DNA from: an uncultured Gammaproteobacteria bacterium
GTDB lineage: Bacteria > Pseudomonadota > Gammaproteobacteria > Pseudomonadales > JAHEGP01
Direction: 5' to 3'
DNA: 64,000 bases
NCBI GenBank assembly: GCA_963751595.1
Contig: CAVVVC010000001.1
Span: 875,741 to 939,740 of the forward strand
In this document: piece after piece, positions 63,522-64,000 of the stretch
Numbering within the stretch: the stretch's first letter is position 1
Layout: the number at the start of each line of letters is the position of its first letter
Notes under the pieces: model-generated
The model's database searches: none
Told to the model about the DNA's origin: nothing
The model's input: the letters and a program-made list of their open reading frames with translations, nothing else
Program-made: the position numbers and the translations under genes

Positions 63522-64000
63522 ATGATCCAGTGGAGTGAAACACACCTGATGTTGCGGGATGCCGTGCGCGGATTCTGCGAGAAGGAAATCGAGCCGGTCA
63601 TTGATCAACTCGAACACGGCGATATGCCGCCCTACGATGTGCTGCGCAAATTCGTCAAGGCCTTTGGGGTGGACGAGTTGGCGCGCAGTCAGTTCGCCAG
63701 TGCCCTGGTGAAGGAAGACAAAAGCGGGGCGAGCCCGGCAGCAGAGAAAAAGGCTGACATCTCCCCCGAGCAATTCGCCAGGCGACTCGATGCCGCGGCC
63801 ATGCGGACGATACCCATTGTCGAACTGTCGCGCTACTGCCCCGGCCTGGTGACCGCGATGGGGGTGAGCATGGGCATCACCAGCGCCGCGATCATGTCCC
63901 GAGGCACCCGGGCGCAGAAAGAGCGCTGGGCGCTGCCGGTGATGACATTGGAAAAAATCGGCGCCTGGGCGATTACCGAACCCAACTCCGGGTCCGATGC
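63522..64000 (+). CDS. Acyl-CoA dehydrogenase, N-terminal part (3' end outside window)
   Basis: ATG 63522. MIQWSETHLMLRDAVRGFCEKEIEPV...GAWAITEPNSGSD. The frame is open to the window end, so it is absent from the ORF track. Confidence 0.75.
   Translation, partial: MIQWSETHLMLRDAVRGFCEKEIEPVIDQLEHGDMPPYDVLRKFVKAFGVDELARSQFASALVKEDKSGASPAAEKKADISPEQFARRLDAAAMRTIPIVELSRYCPGLVTAMGVSMGITSAAIMSRGTRAQKERWALPVMTLEKIGAWAITEPNSGSD

Overview
64-kb chromosomal segment of a high-GC gammaproteobacterium (GC judged by eye; genus not determinable from this window). Bases 1-24.5 kb are conserved core: ftsK-lolA-rarA-crcB-serS-cysG-gor, prc, a wax-ester/lipid gene cluster, and an FGE-domain lipoprotein coupled to a PQQ dehydrogenase. 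Bases 24.6-43.7 kb are a sedentary chromosomal integron: a minus-strand intI with a LexA-box promoter, attI, and 16 cassettes bounded by attC sites mapped base by base. In 11 of 16 cassettes the first heptamer is the exact reverse complement of that cassette's own R'' box. The cassettes carry four intact type II TA pairs, each with its own promoter and operator palindrome. They also carry a TIR-TM plus DUF4019-like two-gene cassette, and a TIR-like gene with a His/Cys C-terminal domain that is split by an IS1182-like element. A 298-bp ORF-less cassette occurs in tandem plus a truncated third copy (candidate structured RNA). An IS91-like element with a tyrosine recombinase fills exactly one cassette slot. 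Two near-identical single-ORF IS66-family copies have different 8-bp target duplications. Bases 43.7-51.3 kb are a decayed patchwork: ALDH, crotonase and DUF3604 fragments, and a DUF1428 gene split by a 303-bp MITE. Bases 51.3-64 kb return to ordinary metabolism: a 2-PGK-like kinase, an FAD oxidase, a CHAD-ParA pair, arylsulfatase, GDPD, lutABC and an acyl-CoA dehydrogenase. No rRNA, tRNA or CRISPR array was seen. All functional calls come from reading the translated ORFs and recognising motifs from memory, not from database searches.
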